A stretch of 64,000 nucleotides of DNA from Candidatus Moanibacter sp. (GCA_965215885.1 CBDCEW010000083.1:1-64000); one strand, 5' to 3'. Positions 1-10,321 are shown, counted from the stretch's first letter. Notes: generated from the letters alone by a model not told the origin. Numbers and translations: made by a program.

Positions 1-97
1 TTGATTTCCTCTCTTGTTTCTTCTCCTTAGGTTAACGCAAATGCGCTCAGCGGGATCAGAAAGTGGCCGATTCGAAAATCAGGAAGAGCTGGATACT

Positions 98-1087
98 ATG
101 AATACAGTAAGCTGGGGAATCATCGGCTGCGGCGACGTCACCGAAAAGAAGAGCGGCCCCGGACTTTATAAGGCGGAACACTCACGCCTCACCGCAGTCA
201 TGCGACGGAATGGAGAAGCCGCGAAAGACTACGCAGAGCGCCACAACGTGCCGAAATGGTACGACAACGGTCAGGCGCTCATTGACGACGCCGAGGTCGA
301 TGTCGTCTACGTAGCCACCCCACCCTCCACGCATCTCGAATACGCCCTCGCTTCCGCCGCGGCGGGAAAACCCTGCCTTGTCGAAAAACCGATGGCGATG
401 AACGCCAATGAGTGCGAGCAGATGGTACAGGCCTTCAAGGAGAAGAGTCTACCGCTCTGGGTCGCCTTCTATCGCAGGGCCCTTCCCCGTTTTCTGAAGT
501 TGCGCGACCTGCTGAACGGAGAAACGATCGGAAAATTGACCTCGGTCGAATTCATTGAATATTCAAAATTAGCCGCAGGAGAGGAGGCCAGCCGGTGGCG
601 TTATGACCCCGCCATTGCGGGAGCGGGAAATTTCGTCGATCTCGGTTCACACGGTTTCGATATTCTCGACTATCTCGTCGGTCCGATCAGCGAAATATCC
701 GGCTATTCGATCAACTCAGGAGGCACCTACCAAGCCGAGGACGTGACCGTCGCATGTTTTCGATTCGAAAACGAAGTTCTAGGGACGGGGACCTTCAATT
801 TCAACTCGAGCCGAACAGACGACTGGATCACGTTCACCGGTTCTCTCGGGAAAATTCGTATCCAGGTTTACAAAGATTCTGACATAGAAATAACGATGGC
901 AAACGGGGAACAAACGTTCGTATCGGCGCCCTACCCTGACCACGTATGCCAGCCCCTTCAGGAGACGATCATAAACGAACTGCGCGGCCACGGAAAGTGC
1001 GAATCAACCGGTGAAAGCGGTCTCCGCACACAACGGGTCCTCGACGCCTGCGTGAGGAATTACTACGGTCGGTCGAACTCAACTTGA
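98..1087 (+). CDS. Gfo/Idh/MocA family oxidoreductase
   Basis: N-terminal WGIIGCG Rossmann motif, VYVATPP and LVEKPMA motifs, DLGSH catalytic segment; ATG 98 chosen over the upstream TTG. Confidence 0.92.
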   Translation: MNTVSWGIIGCGDVTEKKSGPGLYKAEHSRLTAVMRRNGEAAKDYAERHNVPKWYDNGQALIDDAEVDVVYVATPPSTHLEYALASAAAGKPCLVEKPMAMNANECEQMVQAFKEKSLPLWVAFYRRALPRFLKLRDLLNGETIGKLTSVEFIEYSKLAAGEEASRWRYDPAIAGAGNFVDLGSHGFDILDYLVGPISEISGYSINSGGTYQAEDVTVACFRFENEVLGTGTFNFNSSRTDDWITFTGSLGKIRIQVYKDSDIEITMANGEQTFVSAPYPDHVCQPLQETIINELRGHGKCESTGESGLRTQRVLDACVRNYYGRSNST

Positions 1088-1335
1088 GCGGTATCGGATT
1101 CGGATAGAGATCATGTCGTGTACCGCTTCTTATCGAAATATTCCGAGGCATTCTGTTCTATTCATTGGCTAGTTTCGTCGTTTATCCTATCTGTAATCCA
1201 ATACTGAACTCTATTCCGATCCTCCTGATTGTCTTGATGTTCGCAACGACGCCCTTTCGGCTGGCACTGTAAGTGACTATGCTTTAACAGATTATGTGCT
1301 TCACTCGTGATAAATCAAGAATGAGGTTATTTATT

Positions 1336-1351
1336 GTGAACACATGTTCAC
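1336..1351. promoter_or_regulatory. Operator-like inverted repeat upstream of the RM genes
   Basis: GTGAACA-CA-TGTTCAC, perfect 7-bp arms, immediately 5' of the endonuclease frame. Confidence 0.35.
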
Positions 1352-1362
1352 TTTATCATTGA

Positions 1363-2085
1363 CTAATAACCGATAAGGAAATTAGAAATCACCTTTCAAA
1401 CGCAGTCGCTCATTACTGGGCGACAAGAGAATCCCAAAGGAAAAAGCAGGTTTCAGGAAAAACGGCAGATCATGGAGCAAGAAGTGCCGTCACGGGGGGT
1501 GCCCAGATGGATGGCTTTATTGCCTTTTTCGAAAAGGTTATCCTGGAAGCTGGAATATCAAAAAGATATATTTTTCCTAAGAGCTCTTTGGAACTACCAG
1601 GATTTTTCCGGCCAACTAAAGAATGGGATTTACTTGTCGTGAAGGATAATAAGCTGGCTGTCGCCATTGAGGCCAAATCACAAGTTGGGCCATCGTTCGG
1701 AAATAACTTCAATAATCGTACTGAGGAGGCTATGGGAAGTGCTCTAGATCTCTGGACCGCTTTTCGTGAAGGAAAATTTAACTCAAGTGAACAGCCATTT
1801 CTAGGATACTTCTTTATGTTGGAAGATTGCCCCAAATCCAATTCACCAGTAAAGGTAAAGGAGCCACATTTTTCAGTTTTTCCTGAGTTTAAGGGCGCAT
1901 CTTACAAGAAAAGATATGAGTTGTTTTGCCGAAAGTTGGCTTTAGAACGCCATTATTCAGCAAGTTGTTTTATTACATCTACAAGAGATGGCGGACTATC
2001 TGGATCCTTTTCTGCGCCAGCCAAAGATATTTCAATTCAGACTTTCGTGAAGAAACTAACAGCTATTGTTCAATCATTTATTTAA
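1363..2085 (+). CDS. PaeR7I/XhoI-family type II restriction endonuclease
   Basis: Motifs LPGFFRPTKEWDL, EAKSQVGPSFGNNFNNRTEEAMG, Y..RYELFCRKL; the frame is open back to 1363 (AVAHYWATRESQ...RSAVTGGAQMDGF) but has no ATG/GTG/TTG before 1507, so the start is uncertain. Confidence 0.88.
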   Translation, partial: LITDKEIRNHLSNAVAHYWATRESQRKKQVSGKTADHGARSAVTGGAQMDGFIAFFEKVILEAGISKRYIFPKSSLELPGFFRPTKEWDLLVVKDNKLAVAIEAKSQVGPSFGNNFNNRTEEAMGSALDLWTAFREGKFNSSEQPFLGYFFMLEDCPKSNSPVKVKEPHFSVFPEFKGASYKKRYELFCRKLALERHYSASCFITSTRDGGLSGSFSAPAKDISIQTFVKKLTAIVQSFI

Positions 2086-2086
2086 A

Positions 2087-3043
2087 ATGAGTTTTACTAC
2101 CCACCGCTTGGTTAATGGAGATGCGAGGAGAATGTCATTTCTAAATGATGAGTCGATTCATCTAGTTGTTACCTCTCCACCCTATTGGAATTTGAAAAAA
2201 TACAATGATGATCCAAATCAAATGGGTCATATAAATGATTACGAAAAATTCCTTTCAGAGTTGGAGAAGGTATGGAAAGAGGTATTTCGAGTATTAGTGC
2301 CCGGAGGTCGTTTAGTTTGTGTTGTTGGAGACGTATGCGTTTCACGAAAGCAATTTGGTCGCCATCTTGTTTTTCCACTACATTCAGACATAAGCGTAAT
2401 TTGCAGAAAAATAGGATTTGATAATCTGAATCCGATAATTTGGCATAAAATATCAAATGCTTCATACGAAGTTTCAAATGGTTCAAAGTTCCTAGGAAAA
2501 CCCTATGAACCAAATGCAATTATCAAAAATGACATGGAATTCATTCTCATGCAAAGAAAGCCAGGTGGTTACAGAAAACCAACCGAAAGACAAAGAGATT
2601 TAAGTAGAATAGAAAAAAGAGATTTCGATAAATGGTTCCAGCAAATTTGGAATATCACTGGTGAATCAACCAAGAACCATCCTGCTCCTTACCCATACCA
2701 ATTAGCGCAGAGATTAGTTAGGATGTTTTCGTTCGTTGATGACGTGGTTTTAGATCCATTTTGTGGGACAGGAACAACAATGGTTGCCGCCATGAAGCAT
2801 CACAGGCATTCTATTGGAATAGAAGTTGATAGACAATACTGTAAAAAAGCCGCTCAACGGCTTAAGACAGAATCATCGGATCTTTTTATCACAGCAGATC
2901 TCATTTTCGAGAAGACTGAGTTCGAAGTGAAGAAGGAGCTAGTGGTTAAAGAAGATTCAGATCTTTACAAAGTTAGATCTAGGCGGAAGAAAAGTGTCCA
3001 ACAATTCGATGGAAGTAACGCTACTCGTCGATCCGCCTGTTGA
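2087..3043 (+). CDS. Site-specific DNA methyltransferase, beta class (SPPY, likely m4C)
   Basis: Motif IV TSPPY near the N-terminus, HPAPYP, motif I DPFCGTGTT later; adjacent to the endonuclease. Confidence 0.92.
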   Translation: MSFTTHRLVNGDARRMSFLNDESIHLVVTSPPYWNLKKYNDDPNQMGHINDYEKFLSELEKVWKEVFRVLVPGGRLVCVVGDVCVSRKQFGRHLVFPLHSDISVICRKIGFDNLNPIIWHKISNASYEVSNGSKFLGKPYEPNAIIKNDMEFILMQRKPGGYRKPTERQRDLSRIEKRDFDKWFQQIWNITGESTKNHPAPYPYQLAQRLVRMFSFVDDVVLDPFCGTGTTMVAAMKHHRHSIGIEVDRQYCKKAAQRLKTESSDLFITADLIFEKTEFEVKKELVVKEDSDLYKVRSRRKKSVQQFDGSNATRRSAC

Positions 3044-3116
3044 ACAGGCTCTCCCGAAAAGTACAACGATGGATGAAAGACTCGACGATTCCACCGATTT
3101 CAGCTAGATTTCGATT

Positions 3117-3317
3117 ATGCCCAAGTCCATACATTATATTACGTATGATCAGGGCAAGAGAACGTCCGTGATTCTTCCTATTGGCGAAATCGAGCAGCTC
3201 AGGGAGGATCTCGAAGATCTTGCCTGTGTAGCTGAACGTCATGACGATGAGTCCGTATCGTTCGAAGAAGCCCTGAAGAGACTGAAGGAGGACGGGCTTG
3301 TATCGGATCACGACTAA
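3117..3317 (+). CDS. Small putative type II antitoxin
   Basis: 66 aa, acidic C-terminus (EDLEDL...SFEE), overlaps a downstream RelE-like frame. Confidence 0.6.
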   Translation: MPKSIHYITYDQGKRTSVILPIGEIEQLREDLEDLACVAERHDDESVSFEEALKRLKEDGLVSDHD

Positions 3318-3447
3318 GAAGTCGGCGGAGCGAGAGCTTCGCTGCATCGACAGATCAAGGATTCCTCAGATCGTGGCAGCGATTCTGGCACTCGTTGAAG
3401 AACCCCAACCGGCGCCGCCGTCTCTGCGCGTAGAGGTTCGGCAATAG
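3298..3447 (+). pseudogene. Truncated RelE/ParE-family toxin
   Basis: Hand translation MYRITTKKSAERELRCIDRSRIPQIVAAILALVEEPQP resembles a RelE N-terminus; stops after 49 aa. Confidence 0.6.
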
Positions 3448-3500
3448 GCATTATTGACAAAAAGATATGTCTCACATGCACACAATAAAAGAGGTGAGAT

Positions 3501-3749
3501 AAATCCAAGAAGGTCACATTGAGACTTGATGAGGCAGTGTACAGTAAGCTCCGCAGTTGGGCCAAACGAGACAAGCGGCCTCTTTCAAAATCCATTGAGA
3601 CAGCAGCGCTTCGATTCATCGAAAAACAGGAAGTCGTCGATGAATTCGAATTGCATGAGGTTGAAGGAAACGAACCACTAAACCTGAGTGACAAACGGGG
3701 TCTGAAAGTTGTGAATGCCGGGAGGGAACGTTTTGTCACGTCATTTTGA
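3501..3749 (+). pseudogene. CopG/ribbon-helix-helix protein, start codon apparently lost
   Basis: SKKVTLRLDEAVYSKLRSWAKRDKRPLSKSIE is RHH-like; GAGGTG SD is followed by AAA where ATG is expected. Confidence 0.5.
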
Positions 3750-3755
3750 CCATCG

Positions 3756-4568
3756 ATGATCGAAAAGAAGCATACCGATAGATTCGGATTCGATGCACCC
3801 AAAGACCTCCCTATTGAGGAATCCATCTCGTGGGGAGCAACTAACGGTTTTCGCTACCTGGACTTCAATGCGGATATGCCGCCGAATGCCATCGCCTCGT
3901 TTGATGATGCGCGGGCATTGAGAGTCCGGAAACTGCTCGAGGATACCGACATGCAGATCGGTCTTCATCCCATTTCCGCGATCAACAATGCCGAGTACGT
4001 TCCCATCATGTCCGAAGCCGTCGATGCCTATCTTCAGGCGAACGTCCGGCTCGCGCAACAAATCGGTTGCGGCTGGATCGTGGGCCATGGTGGTTATCAA
4101 TTCGGGGACACCGATCGTCGCCGTCGGGCAGCGGTGGACCGCATCAAACGTCTTGTCGAAATGGCGGATCGGGCAGGAATCATGGTCTACTTCGAAAACC
4201 ACAACAAGGAGCCCGACCTGGCGGAGATTCACTACATTCCCCACAATGTTGAAGAGACGCGATGGTTTCTCGAAGAGATCGAAGCCCCACATTTCAAATG
4301 GGCCTTTAACGTCGCTCACGGCCATCTCGTTCCGGAAGGTTGGCTGGGTTTCCTGGATGCGTTTGGGGTCGACAAAATTGGGCAGGTTCGGGTCAACGAC
4401 AATACGGGCGAGTACGAGGTTCACCTCGTTCCCGGTGAGGGAACGATCGATTTCGAGTCCCTCTTTGCGGAACTGAAGGATAGAGGCTACAAGGGATGGT
4501 TCAATCTCGGATTCGGGAATCAGGAGGATAAGATCCGGGTCAGAGAGCGGTTTGAGAGGTTGGTCTGA
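3756..4568 (+). CDS. Sugar phosphate isomerase/epimerase (xylose isomerase-like TIM barrel)
   Basis: FENHN, FNVAH, RVNDN and HLVPGEGTIDF motifs. Confidence 0.85.
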   Translation: MIEKKHTDRFGFDAPKDLPIEESISWGATNGFRYLDFNADMPPNAIASFDDARALRVRKLLEDTDMQIGLHPISAINNAEYVPIMSEAVDAYLQANVRLAQQIGCGWIVGHGGYQFGDTDRRRRAAVDRIKRLVEMADRAGIMVYFENHNKEPDLAEIHYIPHNVEETRWFLEEIEAPHFKWAFNVAHGHLVPEGWLGFLDAFGVDKIGQVRVNDNTGEYEVHLVPGEGTIDFESLFAELKDRGYKGWFNLGFGNQEDKIRVRERFERLV

Positions 4569-5042
4569 GTCCGCTTTTCTCACAAATTTCCGAGAACACG
4601 ATAGCGACAAAAGGTTATCCTCGACAAGCAGTCACCCGCAGGCCAGAAAAGCGGACTATAAAGCGAATCTGAGAATCTGCGGGAATTACAGGTTAGTGTC
4701 GTCGAAGGGTTGAGGGACAGTATTCCGTTTCCTGATTCCGCTGAATAAGCACCACGTTCTTGCGAACGCGGCTACGAAGCTTCGTAAGTCGTTGAAATTT
4801 GTAGCCGCGTTCGCAAGAAGATGGTCGCGAATTCCGAAACGGTGACCTTTTCACCGGAATCTTTCTTACAACTGGATTCGAGAACGATTGCTTTTCCAGT
4901 TCGTACTTCGACAAAGTTCGGGAGCCCGCTCAGCGGGATTCGCGACGAGGTTTAATCTGGTCGACGACAATCCACTCTATAAGGTCTTTTTCTATCTGCG
5001 ATCAATGTTGCCTATCTCGCGGTCCCTCGACAGGATATACCG

Positions 5043-6038
5043 ATGCCCACGCAGCCATACTCAAACATCAAATTGGCACGAGAAATTCGCTGGGACGCAA
5101 GCGACGATGACCTTCTCTTTTTGAAGCAACTGGGACTTCACTGGGTCCGGCTGGAACTGGGTTCTGATGAGCTGGATGCCGACCGACTCATCGCGGTTAA
5201 GAGAAGATTCGCCGAGTACGGCCTCCAGATATTCTCAGTTCGACAGACGCTCTACCGATCACTCCGCATTCAACTCGGACAGGAGGGCCGGGACGAAGAT
5301 ATTGAATCGTATCGCCGCATGATCCGGGTCTTTGGAAAAGCTGAGATCCCAATCACGCTCTACGACTTTCATCCGGGCAACACCTACACTACCAATCACG
5401 TGGAACGACGAGGCTACACGGCACGAGAATTTGACCTCGACACCTTTCGCAATGAAATTGAGAAGCAGCGGTTCGATCGAATTTATACGGCCGACGACAT
5501 TTGGGCGAATTACACCTATTTCGTAGATGCGGTTCTGCCGGTAGCAGAAGAGGCCGGTGTGGTTATCGCCCTTCATCCAGACGACCCGCCTCTCGAGATG
5601 ATGAACGGTGTGGCGAAACTGTTTACTCATTACAATGGCTACCGGAGAGCCGAGGAGATCTCCCGCGGAAGCGATTACTGGGGAATCCGTTTCTGCGTTG
5701 GCACCTGGTCAGAGGGGGGTGACCAGATGGGTTTAAATGTGTTCGAAATGATCAGGGAATTCGGCGGCAGGCAAAAGATCTACGAAGTTGATTTTCGAAA
5801 CGTGAGTTCTCCCTTGCCGCGATTCGAGGAGACTTTTCAGGACGACGGGTACATGGACATGTTCAAGGTAATGCAAGCGTTACAAGAGGTGAATTTTACC
5901 GGAACGGTCGTTCCAGACCATATTCCCCAATTGGTGGGAGACGACGGAATTCGCCGAGCGGGCACTGCCTACACTATCGCCTATATGAAAGCCCTGATCC
6001 AACGGGCGGAGGATGTGTATTCGGATACATCCGTTTAG
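5043..6038 (+). CDS. Mannonate dehydratase (UxuA) family protein
   Basis: VLPVAEEAGVVIALHPDDPP, FCVGT, FEETFQDDG and PDHIP motifs. Confidence 0.88.
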   Translation: MPTQPYSNIKLAREIRWDASDDDLLFLKQLGLHWVRLELGSDELDADRLIAVKRRFAEYGLQIFSVRQTLYRSLRIQLGQEGRDEDIESYRRMIRVFGKAEIPITLYDFHPGNTYTTNHVERRGYTAREFDLDTFRNEIEKQRFDRIYTADDIWANYTYFVDAVLPVAEEAGVVIALHPDDPPLEMMNGVAKLFTHYNGYRRAEEISRGSDYWGIRFCVGTWSEGGDQMGLNVFEMIREFGGRQKIYEVDFRNVSSPLPRFEETFQDDGYMDMFKVMQALQEVNFTGTVVPDHIPQLVGDDGIRRAGTAYTIAYMKALIQRAEDVYSDTSV

Positions 6039-6100
6039 TACCTTCGATCACTTTTCTTTCAATTGGAACCTTCCAATTGATTCTGCTCCCGGACTCGCCT

Positions 6101-6182
6101 GTCATTGCGAGCGTAGCGCGGCAATCCACGGATTTGACGGCCCGAAAACCTGGATTGCTTCGTCATTCTTCCTCGCAATGAC
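6101..6182. repeat. REP doublet (GTCATTGCGAG...GCAATCC / GGATTGC...CTCGCAATGAC)
   Basis: Inverted arms; the same arms recur at ~18660-18745, 40419-41178 and 54828-54858. Confidence 0.75.
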
Positions 6183-6343
6183 AGGGTTCGTATCTTTCAG
6201 CAACGGATTACGCCGACGTCGTCATTTTTTCATGGCAAGTCCGATTTGCACCTGGTCCGGAAGCCCAAAGATCTGGGGCTCCAGCGAAACCCCGGCACGC
6301 CGCGGTTTCGCTTCGTGGCCCGAAGATTTGTAAAATCTCCGGA

Positions 6344-7456
6344 CTAACGGACCCCCGAGCGCTGGATCTCCTCGGGTTTACGAAGGGAATACTCGAACGC
6401 ATCGGCTTCTTTAAGCGGGTGCTTCGCGGCCACCACTTCGTCGATATCCACGCCCAAACCGGGAGTATCGGGCACCGGTAAGGCACCGTCCCGCTGTGGC
6501 ATTGAACCAGGCGCAACTTCATGCCGCCACGGCACATCGATAGCGGTGTGCTCCATAAAGATGCAATTGGGGATGCTCGCCATTACATGGATATTCGCCA
6601 TCTGAACGACGGGCCCTACCGATCCCGCATGAGGCGCCACTTTGACCGCATGGGCCTCCGCCATGGCCGAGAGCTTCTTTAATTCCGTAATACCCCCGAG
6701 GCGGGTCGTTTCCGGTTGGACGATGTCAACGAGATTACGCGCGAAAACTTCCGCGAAAGCCCATTTCGTCGCGAACCGTTCACCCACTGCCAGGGGGATC
6801 GCCACTTTCTCCGCGACCTTCGCCAGGGCCTCCAGATTTTCGGGAACGACCGGATCTTCAAAGAAAATGGGCCGATACGGTTCACAAGCGCGACCGAGTT
6901 GAATCGCCGCCGCGGGCGTAAATTCTGCATGACAATGGACGCCGATTTCGACTTCGTAGCCAACCGCATCGCGCAGCTTCTTCAGGATACCCACTTCAGG
7001 AGGACATTTAAAAGCCTTGTAACCCCTGGCCATCAGGTCCTCCGCAGTAGCCGGCGTGCTGGCATGCCCGTAGACCGGGATCCGGTCACGAATCTTACCC
7101 CCCAGCAATTCGTATACCGGCACCCCCAACGCTTTTCCCTTGATATCCCAAAGGGCCATATCGATGGCGCTGATCGCACCTCCCCTTACCGCTCCGGTTA
7201 CGCCATGTCCATGGAGCACGTCGAACAGTTTCAACCAGAGCCGCTCAATTTCGAACGGGTTCTCACCGATCAGGAAGTGCGTCAGTTCATGGATCGCCTT
7301 TTCGACAACAACCGGCCACCCACTCCCCTCACCGACTCCCGTAATCCCTTCGTCGGTAAACACCTTCACAAAGAGCCAGTTCCTGCCCCGTGGACGTTGG
7401 ACAATCTCGCCCTTTTGCGCGCTGACAAGATAAGTTTTGACCCTGGTTATCTTCAT
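6344..7456 (-). CDS. Mandelate racemase/muconate lactonizing family (galactonate dehydratase-like)
   Basis: AISAIDMALWDIKGKALGVPVYELLGG, FFEDP, AVGER, GGITE. Confidence 0.92.
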   Translation of the reverse strand: MKITRVKTYLVSAQKGEIVQRPRGRNWLFVKVFTDEGITGVGEGSGWPVVVEKAIHELTHFLIGENPFEIERLWLKLFDVLHGHGVTGAVRGGAISAIDMALWDIKGKALGVPVYELLGGKIRDRIPVYGHASTPATAEDLMARGYKAFKCPPEVGILKKLRDAVGYEVEIGVHCHAEFTPAAAIQLGRACEPYRPIFFEDPVVPENLEALAKVAEKVAIPLAVGERFATKWAFAEVFARNLVDIVQPETTRLGGITELKKLSAMAEAHAVKVAPHAGSVGPVVQMANIHVMASIPNCIFMEHTAIDVPWRHEVAPGSMPQRDGALPVPDTPGLGVDIDEVVAAKHPLKEADAFEYSLRKPEEIQRSGVR

Positions 7457-7796
7457 GGAGACAGACTAACCCGAAGATTTCACAGATCTTCGAGTTATAA
7501 AGCGAAACCGCACTGTTAGTTTTCTGAGAATAAGAAGGCTAAAAGGGAAGAACAAACTTCCTCTTCCCGTTTTAAAAATCTACACCGTGACGAATTTCGA
7601 TCTCTAGGAATCGTAAATCTGTCCAATCTAACTCTCTGTAATACATAGCTTTTTGGAGGCGGTTTCGCCGGAGTCGGGAAATCTGTGAGATTTCCCGATT
7701 AAGCCCGTCGCTGGTCGGATGACGAGGACTGATACAGGGGTATCCCTTGCTTTTTTCGTGACGAGTCCCTAAGGTTTGGTTGGATTGATTCCGCAC

Positions 7797-8930
7797 ATGC
7801 ACGGGAAGCCCCAGCTCATCATCGACGGCCATCTGGATATGGCGTTCAACGCGCTGTTTTACCGTCGCGACCTCACACAGCCGATCTTGGTTCTGCGGGA
7901 ACGTGAAGGGATCATTTCTGAAGAAGGAACGCGCCATCCCGATTCCCTGCACGGCCGCAAGGGTCCGGAACAACTTTACTACACGCCGACAGTCGCTCTA
8001 CCGGACATGCGGCGAGGTCGTATCGGGATCATGCTCTCAACGATCATGGCACGCGTGCAGAATCCGAGCGTTGAAACCCACAATTCCGTCCGAACCCAAG
8101 CCGTCGCCTATGCTCGCGGACGCTCCCACCTGGCCTACTACGAGGCCTTGGAAAGGGCCGGCGAGATCACCTATGTCAGGAACCGTGCCGATCTCGATGT
8201 GTGCGTCCGAACCTGGGAGACTGCTCAGGACGATACCCCTGTCGGTTTGGTGCTTACGATGGAAAGCGCGGACCCAATCCTCGGCCCAGACAACCTTGAA
8301 GAGTGGTGGAAGGGTGGCGTGCGTTCGGTTGGTCTTACTCACTTCGGAGCCAACACCTACGGTCACGGTACGGGAACAGAAGGTGGCTTATTTCCACCCG
8401 CCTACCCTCTCATGGACGCAATGCGGGAAACCGATATAGCCATCGACCTGACTCATGCGGCCGATCTCACATTCTGGCAAATACTCGACTACTGGGATGG
8501 GCCGGTGCACGCCAGCCACTGCAACTGCCGAGCGCTGGTCCCCGGACAGAGACACCTCAGCGACGATATGATTGCGGCCATTACAGAGCGCGGCGGCGTC
8601 ATCGGGTTGGTCTTCGCCGAGCAAATGTTGAGTCGCGAGTGGAATTTCAATGATCCCGAGACTCATTATGCGAATGCAACCCAACCAATGAAAGCAGTCC
8701 TCGAACATATCGAACACATCTCCAAAGTGGCTGGAAACACTGACTGCGTCGCTTTCGGGACCGATCTGGACGGCGGATTCGGCCTCGAACTCTCTCCCAC
8801 CGATTACAACACCATCGATGATCTCCAAAAGTTCCTCGATATCATGCGGGACGAAGGATACAGCGAGGAAGAGGTGGCCCGTTTTGCCCACGGCAACCTG
8901 CTCAGATTCTTCCGCAACATCTGGAGGTAG
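7797..8930 (+). CDS. Membrane dipeptidase (peptidase M19) family
   Basis: IDGHLD, MESAD, DLTH, SHCNCR, GTDLDGG, GN..RF. Confidence 0.9.
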   Translation: MHGKPQLIIDGHLDMAFNALFYRRDLTQPILVLREREGIISEEGTRHPDSLHGRKGPEQLYYTPTVALPDMRRGRIGIMLSTIMARVQNPSVETHNSVRTQAVAYARGRSHLAYYEALERAGEITYVRNRADLDVCVRTWETAQDDTPVGLVLTMESADPILGPDNLEEWWKGGVRSVGLTHFGANTYGHGTGTEGGLFPPAYPLMDAMRETDIAIDLTHAADLTFWQILDYWDGPVHASHCNCRALVPGQRHLSDDMIAAITERGGVIGLVFAEQMLSREWNFNDPETHYANATQPMKAVLEHIEHISKVAGNTDCVAFGTDLDGGFGLELSPTDYNTIDDLQKFLDIMRDEGYSEEEVARFAHGNLLRFFRNIWR

Positions 8931-8977
8931 GGGAAAAGCAAATTTTGAGGATTTCACTTCCACAATAAGCGCAGATT

Positions 8978-9201
8978 GAACCACGGATGACACGGATCAA
9001 CACGGATGACAGGTTAGTTGGGAAGTACTCAATACGCAGAATGTGTAATGTGTAAAAGAGGTTGGTATTCAATAAATTGCAGTCGACAAGGTTCGCGACG
9101 AGGTTACCCAAAGGAAGTAGAAGTTTCTTTCTGCATTCGCGTCCATCTGCGTGCATTTGCGGTTCTCTTCTTCTTTTTGGTTGCGGCTTGGCTGCGCTAG
9201 G
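8978..9201. repeat. Composite dispersed intergenic repeat
   Basis: 8978-9061 matches 61477-61560 inverted; 9056-9201 matches 62064-62262; the terminal GGTTGCGGCTT.GCTGCGCTAG also occurs inverted at ~53826 and ~61211. Confidence 0.8.
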
Positions 9202-9223
9202 TAATCCGTGGTTATAACTCCGT

Positions 9224-10321
9224 ATGCCTGAATCCCCGCCCTACCTGATCGTTGACGGCCATCTGGACCTGGGCTTTAGCGCCATCCAGATGAACCGGGA
9301 TCTGACCACTCCGGCGGCTACCGTTCGGGTCCATGACAGGGACGCCGTGAGGGAGAAGTTTGGCAGCTGCACAGTCACTTTTCCCGAATTGCGCCGAGGG
9401 TGCGTGGGCATCGTATTCGGAACCGTGATGTCACGCATCGATCCGATGGATCGTTGGACAGGAACCGGCATGTATCACCAGTCTCAATGCTACAGCGTAG
9501 GGACCGGTCATTACGCCTTCTACAAGGCCATGGAAAGGGAGGGCGTGCTGCGGCTTATCTCCTCTTCCGAGGACCTCGATGCCACCATCGAGGCTTGGCA
9601 GCAGCCAGCTGCCGACACCCCGATCGGGCTTGTGCTGACTATGGAGAGCGCCGATCCAATACTCGATCCGGATCATGTGCCTCTCTGGTATGAGCGTGGC
9701 CTGCGCATGGTCAGCCTCTCCCACTACGGGGTGAGCTCCTATTGCCACGGAACCGGGACGGAGGGCGGACTTCTCCCCCGTGGGCGGGATTTGCTGCCAG
9801 CTCTACAAGAGGCGGGTATCATCGTCGATCTGACCCACACCACCGACCAGGCCTTCTGGGAGATCATGGAGGCTTACGACGGTCCGGTCGCCGCCTCTCA
9901 CCACAATTGCCGCGCGCTCACGCCCGGACAGCGTCAGTTGACCGACGACATGATCAGGGGAATCATCGAGCGGGACGGAGTGATCGGCGCCGCCTTTGAC
10001 GCCTGGATGCTGGACCCAAATTGGAATCGCAAGATTCCGGCAAATCGCCAGGCAACCGAGGCGACATTGGCGACCGTGGTCGATCACATCGAGCATGTCT
10101 GTGAGCTCGCCGGTAACACCCGGCATTCCGGTATCGGCACCGACCTGGACGGGGGTTACGGTCAGGAGCAGTCACCCAGAGATTTAAACACAATTGCTGA
10201 CCTGCAAAACCTGGTTACCGAAATGCAAAGCCGCGGGTTCAAGGATCTCGAAATTCGTGACATCCTTTCTGGAAACTGGATAAGATTCCTTAAGGAGACG
10301 TGGGAGTCCTCGCCTGATTAG
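9224..10321 (+). CDS. Membrane dipeptidase (peptidase M19) family, second paralog
   Basis: VDGHLD, MESADPI, SHHNCR, GTDLDGG; clearly similar to 7797-8930. Confidence 0.9.
   Translation: MPESPPYLIVDGHLDLGFSAIQMNRDLTTPAATVRVHDRDAVREKFGSCTVTFPELRRGCVGIVFGTVMSRIDPMDRWTGTGMYHQSQCYSVGTGHYAFYKAMEREGVLRLISSSEDLDATIEAWQQPAADTPIGLVLTMESADPILDPDHVPLWYERGLRMVSLSHYGVSSYCHGTGTEGGLLPRGRDLLPALQEAGIIVDLTHTTDQAFWEIMEAYDGPVAASHHNCRALTPGQRQLTDDMIRGIIERDGVIGAAFDAWMLDPNWNRKIPANRQATEATLATVVDHIEHVCELAGNTRHSGIGTDLDGGYGQEQSPRDLNTIADLQNLVTEMQSRGFKDLEIRDILSGNWIRFLKETWESSPD

Noticed and set aside
2996..3045. attC-like boxes GTCCAAC ... GTTGAAC at the end of the methylase gene
   Set aside because: Only 50 bp, no convincing L-box pairing, and no integron integrase or cassette array in the window
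3741..4610. Long antisense ORFs (also 6716-7519, 17608-18474, 25269-26063, 62596-63588)
   Set aside because: Shadow frames opposite well-supported genes, with no family motifs
9018..9200. Apparent paralogous small proteins MGSTQYAE... (also 61179-61520)
   Set aside because: The similarity comes from a dispersed DNA repeat; the frames diverge after ~15 codons
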